Source: an uncultured virus (IMG/VR IMGVR_UViG_3300027963_000045) (taxonomy: Duplodnaviria > Heunggongvirae > Uroviricota > Caudoviricetes). Taken from it: a stretch of DNA of 64,000 nt. The notes beneath the pieces were generated by a model, which did no database searches, was not told where the DNA came from, and saw only the letters and a list, made by a program, of their open reading frames with translations. Every line of letters begins with the position of its first letter. The stretch's first letter is position 1. Shown piece after piece: positions 16,705 to 25,524 of this stretch. Location: the IMG/VR virus record IMGVR_UViG_3300027963_000045. The stretch is one strand, 5' to 3'. The position numbers were made by a program, and so were the translations under genes.

Positions 16705-16781
16705 GCCCTTGTGATGGAATTGGTATACGTGTCGGATTCAAAATCCGAATTTTGCGGGTTCGAGTCCCGCTGAGGGCACCA
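16705..16781 (+). tRNA. tRNA-Leu(CAA) with short variable loop
   Basis: Loop TTCAAAA, variable region only ~5 nt, A73-CCA. Confidence 0.85.
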
Positions 16782-16786
16782 AATTT

Positions 16787-16936
16787 ATGAAATTATTTGA
16801 AGCAACAATTAGAATAAACGGCAAAGAATTCAAAGATCGTGTTGGCGCAGAAAATGCACAAGAAGCAATGAAGCTTCTGCAACAACGGCATGGTCCAAGA
16901 GCTGTTCCGTACTTGCCTCACATGATTCCAAGTTAA
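16787..16936 (+). CDS. Small hypothetical protein (49 aa)
   Basis: MKLFEATIRINGKEFKDRVGAENAQEAMKLL...; fills the gap between two tRNAs. Confidence 0.6.
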   Translation: MKLFEATIRINGKEFKDRVGAENAQEAMKLLQQRHGPRAVPYLPHMIPS

Positions 16937-16937
16937 T

Positions 16938-17011
16938 GCGGGTATGATGTAATGGTAGCCTGTGACCTTGCCAAGGTTAGAGTGCGAGTTCGATTCTCGC
17001 TACCCGCTCCA
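16938..17011 (+). tRNA. tRNA-Gly(GCC)
   Basis: Loop TTGCCAA, U73-CCA. Confidence 0.9.
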
Positions 17012-17016
17012 AATCT

Positions 17017-17091
17017 GGTGATATGACGTAGATGGATGCGTAGCGGTTTCATAAGCCGACGAGGAAGGATCGATACCTTCTATCACCACCA
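17017..17091 (+). tRNA. tRNA-Met(CAU) elongator (or Ile2)
   Basis: Loop TTCATAA, T-loop ATCGATA, A73-CCA. Confidence 0.82.
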
Positions 17092-17102
17092 TAAATAAAA
17101 TC

Positions 17103-18269
17103 ATGCTTATTGATGCCGATACACATTATGCACACCCTGATCTGTTTGATCATCTATCTTTTCAACATACTCCCTGGTTAGAGTTTCGCAAAAAAACACA
17201 AAACACCAATTTTGCAATCATCGACCGTATATGGAAAAGTGTATATGCAAACATTTGTGACGACTCCTGGCCCACTGTGCCAAACGCAGATCGTTTTCAT
17301 GTGTTGCCCAAACACATTAGACAAGAAATTGCCGAGCATGATCTAGGCGATATATTTGTTGCCAAGGACTTGTCAAAAATAAAATACAAATTCCCGGATC
17401 CAAGTTCTACATTACCTGACATTGATGAGCTTGTTGACATTTGTCAAAACAGGCTTGGGGTTGACCGTGCGTTGATAAATGTGCAACCGTATCAGCAAGG
17501 CATTGGTTATTATGTGTCGCCTGCAGAAGCAGTGGAATTAATGACCACATACAATCGAGGCATGCTTGATGTTGTTAAGCCCTACAACAAATTTGATTTA
17601 ACTGCTTGGTTGGCACTGCAAGATATTCAAGCCAGTGAACAAGAACTTGACTGGATCATTGATAACGACTTCTTTGCTGTATTTTTAAGCTTTCATCCTG
17701 CATGGGGATTCATTCCTAGAGCAAAAAACATTTTTGCCAAGTGTAACAAAGCTGGTATGCCAATATACTTGCATCCTACTGCTGGCAGAGATACCCCGTT
17801 TGATTACAACACTGACTGGACTGTTAACTGTGAATTATATCAAAAAATGAAACAAAGATGGCCCAGTGACGGACAGTCTTGGAAGATCACAGTTGCCAGT
17901 ATCATTACCGAATACATCATGAAAGGCATGCCCGATCTTAAAATATTGGTTATTGAGCGTGGGATCAATTGGATCAAAGAGATAGAAGAATTTTTTGCTG
18001 AACAAGGTTTGCCTAATCCACTACCTATACTAAAAAACAATTTTTGGTACAGCACAGAGGTGGAGCACCCAACATTTTTAAGAGATGCAGAGTACATTGG
18101 ATGGGATCGTGTTATGTTTTCTACAGACTACCCCCACAATGAGGATGCTGGCTTGAACAAATACAAAGACGCCATCATGCTTGAGCAATATGTCAACAGT
18201 GGTAAAATTAACTCACATGACTATGAGTTGTTTTCACACAAAAATTACCTAAAACTAAAACAACGATAG
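17103..18269 (+). CDS. Amidohydrolase family (Amidohydro_2-like) protein
   Basis: IDADTHY, PIYLHP, IERG..W, DRVMFSTDYPH. Confidence 0.8.
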   Translation: MLIDADTHYAHPDLFDHLSFQHTPWLEFRKKTQNTNFAIIDRIWKSVYANICDDSWPTVPNADRFHVLPKHIRQEIAEHDLGDIFVAKDLSKIKYKFPDPSSTLPDIDELVDICQNRLGVDRALINVQPYQQGIGYYVSPAEAVELMTTYNRGMLDVVKPYNKFDLTAWLALQDIQASEQELDWIIDNDFFAVFLSFHPAWGFIPRAKNIFAKCNKAGMPIYLHPTAGRDTPFDYNTDWTVNCELYQKMKQRWPSDGQSWKITVASIITEYIMKGMPDLKILVIERGINWIKEIEEFFAEQGLPNPLPILKNNFWYSTEVEHPTFLRDAEYIGWDRVMFSTDYPHNEDAGLNKYKDAIMLEQYVNSGKINSHDYELFSHKNYLKLKQR

Positions 18270-18282
18270 TTGACTTTATATT

Positions 18283-18356
18283 GCTCCTATAGTATAATGG
18301 CAATACACGCCCTTGGTAAGGGCGAGCTACAAGTTCAATTCTTGTTAGGAGCACCA
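18283..18356 (+). tRNA. tRNA-Thr(GGU)
   Basis: Loop TTGGTAA, CCA. Confidence 0.92.
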
Positions 18357-18373
18357 CCAAATTGGAATATAAT

Positions 18374-18553
18374 ATGAGCAAAGGTTCAAGACCAAGACCG
18401 TTCAGTGTTAGCCAAAAAGATTTTGGAAACAACTTTGATGCAATCTTTAGGAAACCCAATCCTAAAGATGTTGACGATGCCAGAGCTGAAGACGAAGCTT
18501 TTAAGTCAGTTGAGGAAAAGTTTAACCAACACAAACAACATGGCTCTAATTGA
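18374..18553 (+). CDS. Small hypothetical protein
   Basis: MSKGSRPRPFSVSQKDFGNNFDAIF. Confidence 0.6.
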   Translation: MSKGSRPRPFSVSQKDFGNNFDAIFRKPNPKDVDDARAEDEAFKSVEEKFNQHKQHGSN

Positions 18554-18959
18554 ATCAACATTTACTAACTCTCCCGGGCTAGTGCCCTTGAAGGTACAGT
18601 GTTTGATCAACAATGCAGTAGTATGGGAATATGTACTTGATTCAACACCTGTGACTATGAAAGTCAACCTTGACGACCATGTTGCATCAACTCATCAAGT
18701 GGCAATTACTTTTGCAGGCAAAACTGGGATTGAGAATGATGATGCCAGTAGCACTGTTGTGCAAATCAGCAATATTCAAATAGAATCTATCAACATTGAG
18801 CCTGTGTTACAACGTATAGCTCAATATCATCACAACACAAACGGCTACAGTGATCCGCTGGTCAGTGAATACAGTAATTGCATAGGATTTGATGGTAGTT
18901 TACAATTTGAACTGGAAACTCCGGTCAGCAACTGGTTTTACAAAAATTATCCTTGGTGA
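18540..18959 (+). CDS. Hypothetical beta-rich protein (radical-SAM partner family)
   Basis: ITFAGKT...IGFDGSLQFELETP..W. Confidence 0.65.
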   Translation: MALIESTFTNSPGLVPLKVQCLINNAVVWEYVLDSTPVTMKVNLDDHVASTHQVAITFAGKTGIENDDASSTVVQISNIQIESINIEPVLQRIAQYHHNTNGYSDPLVSEYSNCIGFDGSLQFELETPVSNWFYKNYPW

Positions 18960-19807
18960 CCAAGCACTCGTGTATTCAACAATTGGTTTTTAAATTTTGA
19001 TTGATTAGTCTCATAAACCAAATTGGTTGGACAAAATTTACATTGTGGGATCGCACTAGATGAAAACAAGTCCAAATCGTCTTGTGTGATTGCTCCGGGT
19101 TCAAGTGGTTGATATTGATCATACAGTTCTGGCACTGGCTGCCCAACTTGATTGAAATATTCTGGCAACAGATACACTACTCCGCATTTATAAAGTTTTC
19201 CATCAATAAAATGGTGGCAACGTTTCATTGTACACACACGATGTGCTTCAGTTGGATCTGAATCATGCAATTGATATTGGCCATCCTGAAAAATGTTGTT
19301 GTGGAAATTTTCTCCACTTTTGATGTTGATCGTAATGCCCTGGGCCGTTTCGAACGCAATGCCATTGACAACTAAATTATTGTGTTGTATAATTTGTTTA
19401 ATTCGGCAGTGACCAAAAGCTTGATTAATTTCACCAAGAACATAACTTCTCATTAGAGGATTGTGAACACAGATGTCTAATGTCCAACCAGTATTTGCCA
19501 GCGCATCGGCTAGGCCAGATAGCTTAGTTAATCGAGTTCCATTTGAAACCACTTTGCCAACAGCATTGGGCCAACATTGGTGTATTCCTCGAATCCAATC
19601 TGGAAGATCAGAATTCAAAGTTGGTTCGCCGCCAAGTATATTACAACTTTCTAAGTGTATGCACTCGGCCCAGCGTTGATAAGTACCTAAATTGAATTTA
19701 TAATGTCCTTTGAATTTGCGATTGTTGAACCTATTACATTGCGGACAATCTAAATTACAAACATTGGTAACATAAAATTCTGCATATTTTAGAGTTGGTT
19801 TGGTCAT
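18947..19807 (-). CDS. Radical SAM protein
   Basis: TNVCNLDCPQC, LGGEP, SNG, C-terminal Cys cluster CTMKRCHH...CKFC. Confidence 0.88.
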   Translation of the reverse strand: MTKPTLKYAEFYVTNVCNLDCPQCNRFNNRKFKGHYKFNLGTYQRWAECIHLESCNILGGEPTLNSDLPDWIRGIHQCWPNAVGKVVSNGTRLTKLSGLADALANTGWTLDICVHNPLMRSYVLGEINQAFGHCRIKQIIQHNNLVVNGIAFETAQGITINIKSGENFHNNIFQDGQYQLHDSDPTEAHRVCTMKRCHHFIDGKLYKCGVVYLLPEYFNQVGQPVPELYDQYQPLEPGAITQDDLDLFSSSAIPQCKFCPTNLVYETNQSKFKNQLLNTRVLGHQG

Positions 19808-19857
19808 AGTGATATTTACATTTAAAAGTTGAGATAGTTTTTTATTAAGGTAATACC

Positions 19858-20331
19858 ATGAAAATAAATGTAGAAGAAGTTGTTAGATTTATTCAGGCGC
19901 AAGGCCTGGGCACACGGGTATACCTTGGAGCTGATTCTGACCGCTACAAAGTAGATGGCACCTGGTGGGCCGAATACACAGTGGCCGTTGTTGTACACAT
20001 CAATGGCAAAAACGGTTGTAAAATTTTTGGGGAAGTATCTAGAGAACGAGACTATGATCAAAAGGCAAGTCGTCCAAGCATGCGTCTTATGAACGAAGTA
20101 TATCGTGTAAGCGATATGTTTCAAAGGCTTGCGCCTGCGCTGGAAGATCTCGAAGTTGAAGTTCACTTGGATATTAACCCAAATGAAATGTACGGCAGTT
20201 CATGTGCTGTACAACAGGCAATTGGATACATTCGCGGTACTTGCAATGTTATTCCAATGGTCAAACCAAATGCATTTGCCGCAAGCTATGCAGCCGATAG
20301 ACTGAAAAGTCTCAAAATATCTAATGGATAA
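19858..20331 (+). CDS. RNase H-like YkuK-family protein
   Basis: YLGADS...RLMNEV...EVHLDIN...S...KPNAFAASYAAD. Confidence 0.75.
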   Translation: MKINVEEVVRFIQAQGLGTRVYLGADSDRYKVDGTWWAEYTVAVVVHINGKNGCKIFGEVSRERDYDQKASRPSMRLMNEVYRVSDMFQRLAPALEDLEVEVHLDINPNEMYGSSCAVQQAIGYIRGTCNVIPMVKPNAFAASYAADRLKSLKISNG

Positions 20332-20572
20332 AGGAACAATCATGAATGGTCTCACAAGTGAAGGTGCAGTTAATGCAGTTGGCAATCGATACGATTTGGT
20401 TCTTATTGGTTCCCGAAGAGTGCGAGAATTGAACGCAGGGTGGCACTCGACAATCAAAAATCCCAAAGGTCCGATTACAACTGCATTGCAGGAAATTGAA
20501 GAAGGTCTAGTTGGGATTGATTACTTAAAACGCCCTCAAGAGGTACGTCGAGAGCGCAAGTACAGCAAATAA
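20324..20572 (+). CDS. rpoZ: RNA polymerase omega subunit homolog
   Basis: AVNAVGNRYDLVLIGSRRVREL...PITTALQEIEEG. Confidence 0.85.
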   Translation: MDKGTIMNGLTSEGAVNAVGNRYDLVLIGSRRVRELNAGWHSTIKNPKGPITTALQEIEEGLVGIDYLKRPQEVRRERKYSK

Positions 20573-20584
20573 GAGGAATAACAC

Positions 20585-20659
20585 ATGGACGACGATCTGG
20601 TAAGATTTGTAGTAGGTGTAGTGATTGTTGTTGCAGTAGGTGCGGTAGTACTTCTATAG
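20585..20659 (+). CDS. Tiny single-TM peptide (24 aa)
   Basis: GAGGA RBS; MDDDLVRFVVGVVIVVAVGAVVLL. Confidence 0.45.
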   Translation: MDDDLVRFVVGVVIVVAVGAVVLL

Positions 20660-20691
20660 AAATATGTCAAAAGCACAAGTGTAGTAAATAA

Positions 20692-20760
20692 GAGCTATTG
20701 CTGTATGAAGCAATGCAAAAGGTGTTCTGGACGGGGGTTCGATTCCCCCCGGCTCCACCA
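20692..20760 (+). ncRNA. ssrA: Two-piece (permuted) tmRNA, acceptor piece
   Basis: GGACGGGGGTTCGATTCCCCCCGGCTCCACCA: T-arm plus acceptor 3' strand with U70 and ACCA; TAAATA just upstream. Confidence 0.88.
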
Positions 20761-20772
20761 AAAGGGAATTCA

Positions 20773-20940
20773 ATGATAGTGTGTGTATGCAGAAAGATCA
20801 GTGATCGTGATTATGATTCCGAAGAGCAACTCCGAGATCGTATCATGCAACCTGATTTTCATTGTGGTTTTTGTCAACAACGCTATGAACTAGAGTTTTC
20901 TTCTGAAGGGGTCGATCGGTTTCGACAGGGCAAGGAGTAG
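20773..20940 (+). CDS. Bfd-like (2Fe-2S) ferredoxin in the tmRNA intervening segment
   Basis: AAAGGGA RBS; MIVCVCxxI...CGFC. Confidence 0.65.
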   Translation: MIVCVCRKISDRDYDSEEQLRDRIMQPDFHCGFCQQRYELEFSSEGVDRFRQGKE

Positions 20941-21086
20941 CAGAGTGGACAGCTCGGCAAAGCAGAAGCCGTTAGGATTGGGGTAACCCGGTCGTAGAAG
21001 CAAAAAACGTAAACGCAAACGACGAACAGTTCGCATTGGCCGCCTAAACGCAGCCTAGGGTAAGACATACCTCGTAACAGAAACTC
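20908..21086 (+). ncRNA. ssrA: Two-piece (permuted) tmRNA, coding piece; tag ANDEQFALAA
   Basis: GGGGTCGATCGGTTTCGACAGGG 5' end; tag frame GCA AAC GAC GAA CAG TTC GCA TTG GCC GCC TAA at 21015-21047. Confidence 0.92.
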
Positions 21087-21112
21087 AAAAGCCCACTTCG
21101 GTGGGCTTTTTC
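21087..21112 (+). terminator. Intrinsic terminator after tmRNA
   Basis: AAAAGCCCAC-TTCG-GTGGGCTTTT. Confidence 0.9.
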
Positions 21113-21142
21113 TTGACCACTTAATCTGTGATATAAATAATA

Positions 21143-21253
21143 TTGCAACGCCGGCAGGGCCGACGTCGGATCAATATTGACGCTTGAAGTAGCAAAACTT
21201 CTTTACTGTTGTGATACAACAGAACGCCGACCGTGAACAGAATTCTTCTGCAA
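21143..21253 (+). ncRNA. Candidate ~110-nt multi-stem ncRNA
   Basis: TATAAATA upstream; GTCGG/CCGAC enclosing TCAA/TTGA, GAAGT/ACTTC, CTGTTGT/ACAACAG. Confidence 0.45.
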
Positions 21254-21307
21254 GCTTACCAAAATAATTGATTTATTTTCACAACAAGTATATACTTGTA
21301 CTTAATA

Positions 21308-22444
21308 ATGCTCTATTATCAATTTGGCGTAAGCGACAAGTTTGGCTATTACGAAGTCGGACAAAAAAAATTTTACAGCAAGGTGGAAGCCATTGCCGAG
21401 ATGACTCGTACTGGAATTCATCTTGAATATCGTTTTCATGACGATGCATTTAACCGCCATGACTGGACTGTGGAGCCCATTGAAAGTTTGGAAGAGCTAT
21501 ATCGGCAAAGATGCCAGCAACTTCGAGATCGGTATGAATATCTTGTAGTAACATACAGTGGTGGCTCAGACAGTCACAACGTGTTAGACATGTTTATCGA
21601 CAATGAAATTTGGCCCGATGAGATCATGATCTATCATAACTGGAGTGTCAACAGTGACGAGCTTATGACCAACGGTGAAGTCAAGCACGTTGCCTATCCT
21701 TATGCCAAAAAAATTGTAGAAAAGTATCCCTGGATCAAACTGCGCATGATTGATATTGCGCCACGTACATATGAACTGTTTAGCTCCAGCCCCGATCGAG
21801 ACATGATTGTACACACTAACTGGGCAACATTTAGCCCCGGATCTTGTGCGATTCACTTGACACATGAACTTGACAAAGACTATCTTGACATGATTGGCCG
21901 CGGCGTTAATTTAGGATTTGTCATGGGATTTGATAAACCTAGGGTATGGCAAATCAATGGCAAGTACTGTCATAGATTCATGGATATCAGTAACGGAGTT
22001 GCAGTGATTGGTAGCAACATGCCCACGGAGATGTTTTATTTTCATCCCGATGCTGCCAAATTGGTAATCAAACAATGTCATGTTATTAAACGTTACATGG
22101 AACAGGCCACTCCTGATTCTCCGTTTATTACTACTGAGCACACTGCAAGGGCCTGCAAGGATTACATGGGTAAGAAGTTGTGGCTAACTGAGGACGGGTG
22201 CCACACACTGCTATACCCAACATGGAATATTAAGACGTTTACTGTGGGTAAAGATCCAAGTAAAATTCTTAGTAGGCGGGATCGATGGTTCTTAAAAAAC
22301 CCAAACGATCCCGCACGTATTGCATGGCATAATTTGGTCATGCACTGGTGGAAGCAAATTCCAGAATATTGGCAAAATCGGCCTGGCTATATTGCTGGTG
22401 GCGCCAAGATGAGTTTTACTCAACCATATTTTTTAGAAAGGTAA
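21308..22444 (+). CDS. PP-loop (adenine nucleotide alpha-hydrolase-like) protein
   Basis: YSGGSDS motif, GFDKP. Confidence 0.7.
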   Translation: MLYYQFGVSDKFGYYEVGQKKFYSKVEAIAEMTRTGIHLEYRFHDDAFNRHDWTVEPIESLEELYRQRCQQLRDRYEYLVVTYSGGSDSHNVLDMFIDNEIWPDEIMIYHNWSVNSDELMTNGEVKHVAYPYAKKIVEKYPWIKLRMIDIAPRTYELFSSSPDRDMIVHTNWATFSPGSCAIHLTHELDKDYLDMIGRGVNLGFVMGFDKPRVWQINGKYCHRFMDISNGVAVIGSNMPTEMFYFHPDAAKLVIKQCHVIKRYMEQATPDSPFITTEHTARACKDYMGKKLWLTEDGCHTLLYPTWNIKTFTVGKDPSKILSRRDRWFLKNPNDPARIAWHNLVMHWWKQIPEYWQNRPGYIAGGAKMSFTQPYFLER

Positions 22445-22449
22445 ATTAA

Positions 22450-23334
22450 ATGAAAAAGCTGTTTGCAATTTTTGCAATGATGTGCGCTGTAACATCTGTT
22501 ATGGCACAGGATATTCGTGTAGTACTACCCAACCCAAGTGGTGGGACGTTCGACAAAGTTGGTCGTGCCTGGGCCAAGGCTTTGGAAAATGCTCTTGGTA
22601 AACCGGTCACAGTTGAAAATCAACCTGGCGCCAATGGTGCAATCGGCACAAGGTTTGTGGCCAACTATGCTGGCTCAGACATCGTATTGCTTGGATCTGG
22701 TACTACTTTGTTTATTAACAACGATCAAGTTGATGGTATTAATGACGTTGAACCAATTTACTACTTGGGGTATGTACCAGAAGCTATTGTCGCTCGCCCC
22801 GACTTTAAATACAACACAGTTGCAGAGTTTGTAAAGAACAGCAACGAGCGTGTTACGCTTGCTAACTTGTCCAATGCCGATGCATCAACAATTTTTAAAA
22901 GTGTTGTTAAGAAATCCAATATTAGTTTAATAACCTATAAAGGATCTGCACAGAGCATGACCGATGTAATTGGTGGGCATGTTGATTTGAGTTCGGCTGG
23001 CCTAGCCAATGTTAAACAACTATACGATACCGGTAAAATTAAAATACTTGGTTACTCAGGAAGCCAACGAAGCCCGCTTATTCCCAACGTTCCCACGTTT
23101 GCTGAACAAGGTATTGCAATGCCAGCAACATTGAAGTTTTATGTTTATGCCAGCAAGAATGCCAACAAAGATCAAATTGCACAGATTGTCAGAGCACTAG
23201 ACAAAGCTGTAGCCAGCCCAGAGTTCCAAGAGTCACGCAACCAACTAAACTTGATTGCCGAGCCAGTCAAAGGTAGTGCTAGACAACATTTTATTGATTC
23301 TACGAAAGAAATTTACGATATTTTGAAGAATTAA
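22450..23334 (+). CDS. tctC: TctC/Bug-family periplasmic substrate-binding protein
   Basis: Signal peptide; PxxxGGTFD, VENQPGANGAIG, YKGSA...GGHVD, PNVPTFAEQG. Confidence 0.9.
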   Translation: MKKLFAIFAMMCAVTSVMAQDIRVVLPNPSGGTFDKVGRAWAKALENALGKPVTVENQPGANGAIGTRFVANYAGSDIVLLGSGTTLFINNDQVDGINDVEPIYYLGYVPEAIVARPDFKYNTVAEFVKNSNERVTLANLSNADASTIFKSVVKKSNISLITYKGSAQSMTDVIGGHVDLSSAGLANVKQLYDTGKIKILGYSGSQRSPLIPNVPTFAEQGIAMPATLKFYVYASKNANKDQIAQIVRALDKAVASPEFQESRNQLNLIAEPVKGSARQHFIDSTKEIYDILKN

Positions 23335-23337
23335 TAC

Positions 23338-23421
23338 TGTTGTATTGAAACAACACCCTAAAACCCTTGCGCAAGCAGGGGTTTTTTATTGGTTGACCTA
23401 AAATTCACCATTTGCTATAAT
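23338..23421 (+). promoter_or_regulatory. TGTTG-N8-CAACA palindrome, terminator hairpin and sigma70 promoter
   Basis: Palindrome 23338-23355; AAACCCTTGC-GCAA-GCAGGGGTTT; TTGACC-17-TATAAT at 23393-23421. Confidence 0.75.
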
Positions 23422-23446
23422 AGAGTTATAGTAATTAGGAGCAACG

Positions 23447-23704
23447 ATGAAACACTTAAAAGCTTATGTAGATCAAAAAAACCAGTGGTCTGCTGTTTTT
23501 GGTAAGGCGCCATTGGTTATTGGACAAGATAATCAAAAGATTGCCAATGCACTGGATTCTGACTTGAGTCCAGAAAATCTCACTTGCGATGGTGAACTAC
23601 CACGTGCTCAAGTCAATGCTCGATATCGTTTGCTTACATCTGCGGCACGTGAATTGATTGCTGTTGACCCCAGTGTCAAGATGTGGGAATTTGTGACTGT
23701 TTAA
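23447..23704 (+). CDS. Hypothetical protein
   Basis: AGGAG RBS; LSPENLTCDGEL. Confidence 0.75.
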   Translation: MKHLKAYVDQKNQWSAVFGKAPLVIGQDNQKIANALDSDLSPENLTCDGELPRAQVNARYRLLTSAARELIAVDPSVKMWEFVTV

Positions 23705-23774
23705 CAGTTGACACATAATTCACATAGTCGTACAATACTAGCACTGAAACAATTTTTAACAAGGAAGCAACCTT

Positions 23775-24863
23775 ATGTCACATGAAAGTCGCACCGTAAC
23801 CGCAGTCGGCGCTCGCAAAGCTGTTATGAAATGCTTTGCAAAGAAACGTCCCATGTTTTTGTGGGGTCCTCCTGGCATCGGCAAGAGCGAAGTAGTTGCT
23901 GACATTACCAAAGAACTTGGTGGTTACATGATTGACTTGCGCTTAGGTCAAATGGATCCCACTGACATTCGTGGTATCCCGTTCTTTAACAAAGAAGCAG
24001 GCAAGATGGATTGGGCTCCCCCGATTGATTTACCAGACGAAGATCTGGCCAGCCAGTATCCTGTGGTTGTGTTGTTCATGGATGAAATGAACTCTGCGGC
24101 TCCGGCAGTACAGGCAGCGGCATATCAGCTAGTACTAAACCGTCGTATTGGCAAATATCGACTGCCAGACAATGTTGTTATGATTGCCGCAGGCAATCGT
24201 GAAAGCGATAAAGGTGTTACTTTCCGTATGCCTACTCCGCTGGCAAATCGTTTTATTCACGTTGAGATGAAACCCGACTTCCCTACATGGCAAGAATGGG
24301 CTGTTAAGAATCAAATCCACAAGGACGTGGTTGGTTACTTGAGTTTTGCCAAGCAAGACTTGTACGACTTTGATGCCAAGTCTAGTTCACGTGCATTTGC
24401 TACACCACGCTCTTGGAGTTTTGTTAGCGAGTTGTTGGAAGACGAAGACATGGACGAGACCACTGCTACTGACTTGATTGCAGGTACAGTTGGTGAAGGT
24501 CTTGCTGTTAAGTTTATGGCTCACCGCAAGATTTCAGGTAAACTGCCCAAGCCAGAAGAAATTCTCAGTGGCAAGGCCAAAGAACTCAAGGTAAAAGAAG
24601 TGTCGGCAATGTACAGTCTTGTTATCAGCTTGTGCTACGAACTCAAGAATGCTGTTGAGAACAAAGTCTCCGACAAAGAGTTTCATGAGATGAGCGACAA
24701 CTTCTTTGCTTACATGATGAAGAACTTTGAAACCGAGCTTGTGATTATGGGTGCTCGCATCGCGCTTACCACTTACAATCTTCCGTTCCAACCTACCAAG
24801 CTCAAGAATTTTGACGAGTTCCACAGCAAATATGGCAAGTATATCTTGCAAGGCAACTCTTAA
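23775..24863 (+). CDS. MoxR-like AAA+ ATPase
   Basis: Walker A GPPGIGKS, Walker B LFMDE, AGNR, LANRF; promoter TTGACA-17-TACAAT at 23708. Confidence 0.9.
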   Translation: MSHESRTVTAVGARKAVMKCFAKKRPMFLWGPPGIGKSEVVADITKELGGYMIDLRLGQMDPTDIRGIPFFNKEAGKMDWAPPIDLPDEDLASQYPVVVLFMDEMNSAAPAVQAAAYQLVLNRRIGKYRLPDNVVMIAAGNRESDKGVTFRMPTPLANRFIHVEMKPDFPTWQEWAVKNQIHKDVVGYLSFAKQDLYDFDAKSSSRAFATPRSWSFVSELLEDEDMDETTATDLIAGTVGEGLAVKFMAHRKISGKLPKPEEILSGKAKELKVKEVSAMYSLVISLCYELKNAVENKVSDKEFHEMSDNFFAYMMKNFETELVIMGARIALTTYNLPFQPTKLKNFDEFHSKYGKYILQGNS

Positions 24864-25100
24864 TCAAGTTGGGGCTCCGGCCCCAACTTATGCCACTGTA
24901 AGGATCAGTTTTGCTCCTTACAGCCATGATGAAGTACAAGACCTGCTACGCAAGGTTTACCAAGATTTTGGTCGTGATCGATCACGCTGGTACTACCAGA
25001 GTCCGTTACTTGACCTAGACAATTTGGTTAATACATGGACCGTGGACTTTTGTTTTCGTGATCCCCATGATGCCACCATATTTGGACTTAAATACCTAAG

Positions 25101-25481
25101 ATGAAATACAGTGTACAACGACTTGATGGCAGACACAGCTACCAAAAATGGTTTCAATATTATGTTGGATTTTCATCTAATATGTCCTTTAACAAAGGGC
25201 CACTACACTTCACTCGAGCCCAAAAATGGTGTTTTCAAACTTGGGGCTGGAGTGCCGAAGTTAGGCAATGGAATGAGATTTATCGTTGGAGTACTAATTC
25301 TGTACCATTGATGCGAGTGGGTGGTGGTTTTGTGCGTCAGACGCCAAGCAATCTTCCCGAGGAATGTAATCCTTGTTGGAGTTGGACCAATGGTGCTAAT
25401 ACTGGCAGTGAGTTACGAATCTACTTTAAAAGTGATGCAGAACTAGCATTCTTCCAGCTGGCACATCCACTTGACCAATAA
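25101..25481 (+). CDS. Hypothetical protein
   Basis: 126-aa Trp-rich ORF, ATGA overlap with upstream ORF. Confidence 0.65.
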   Translation: MKYSVQRLDGRHSYQKWFQYYVGFSSNMSFNKGPLHFTRAQKWCFQTWGWSAEVRQWNEIYRWSTNSVPLMRVGGGFVRQTPSNLPEECNPCWSWTNGANTGSELRIYFKSDAELAFFQLAHPLDQ

Positions 25482-25524
25482 TTGATTTTTTAGTATAATA
25501 TTACTATAACGTAAAGGAACACAC

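Noticed and set aside
20698..20772. Longer TTG-started version of the Bfd-like ORF
   Set aside because: The extension is the tmRNA acceptor piece; the RBS supports ATG 20773.
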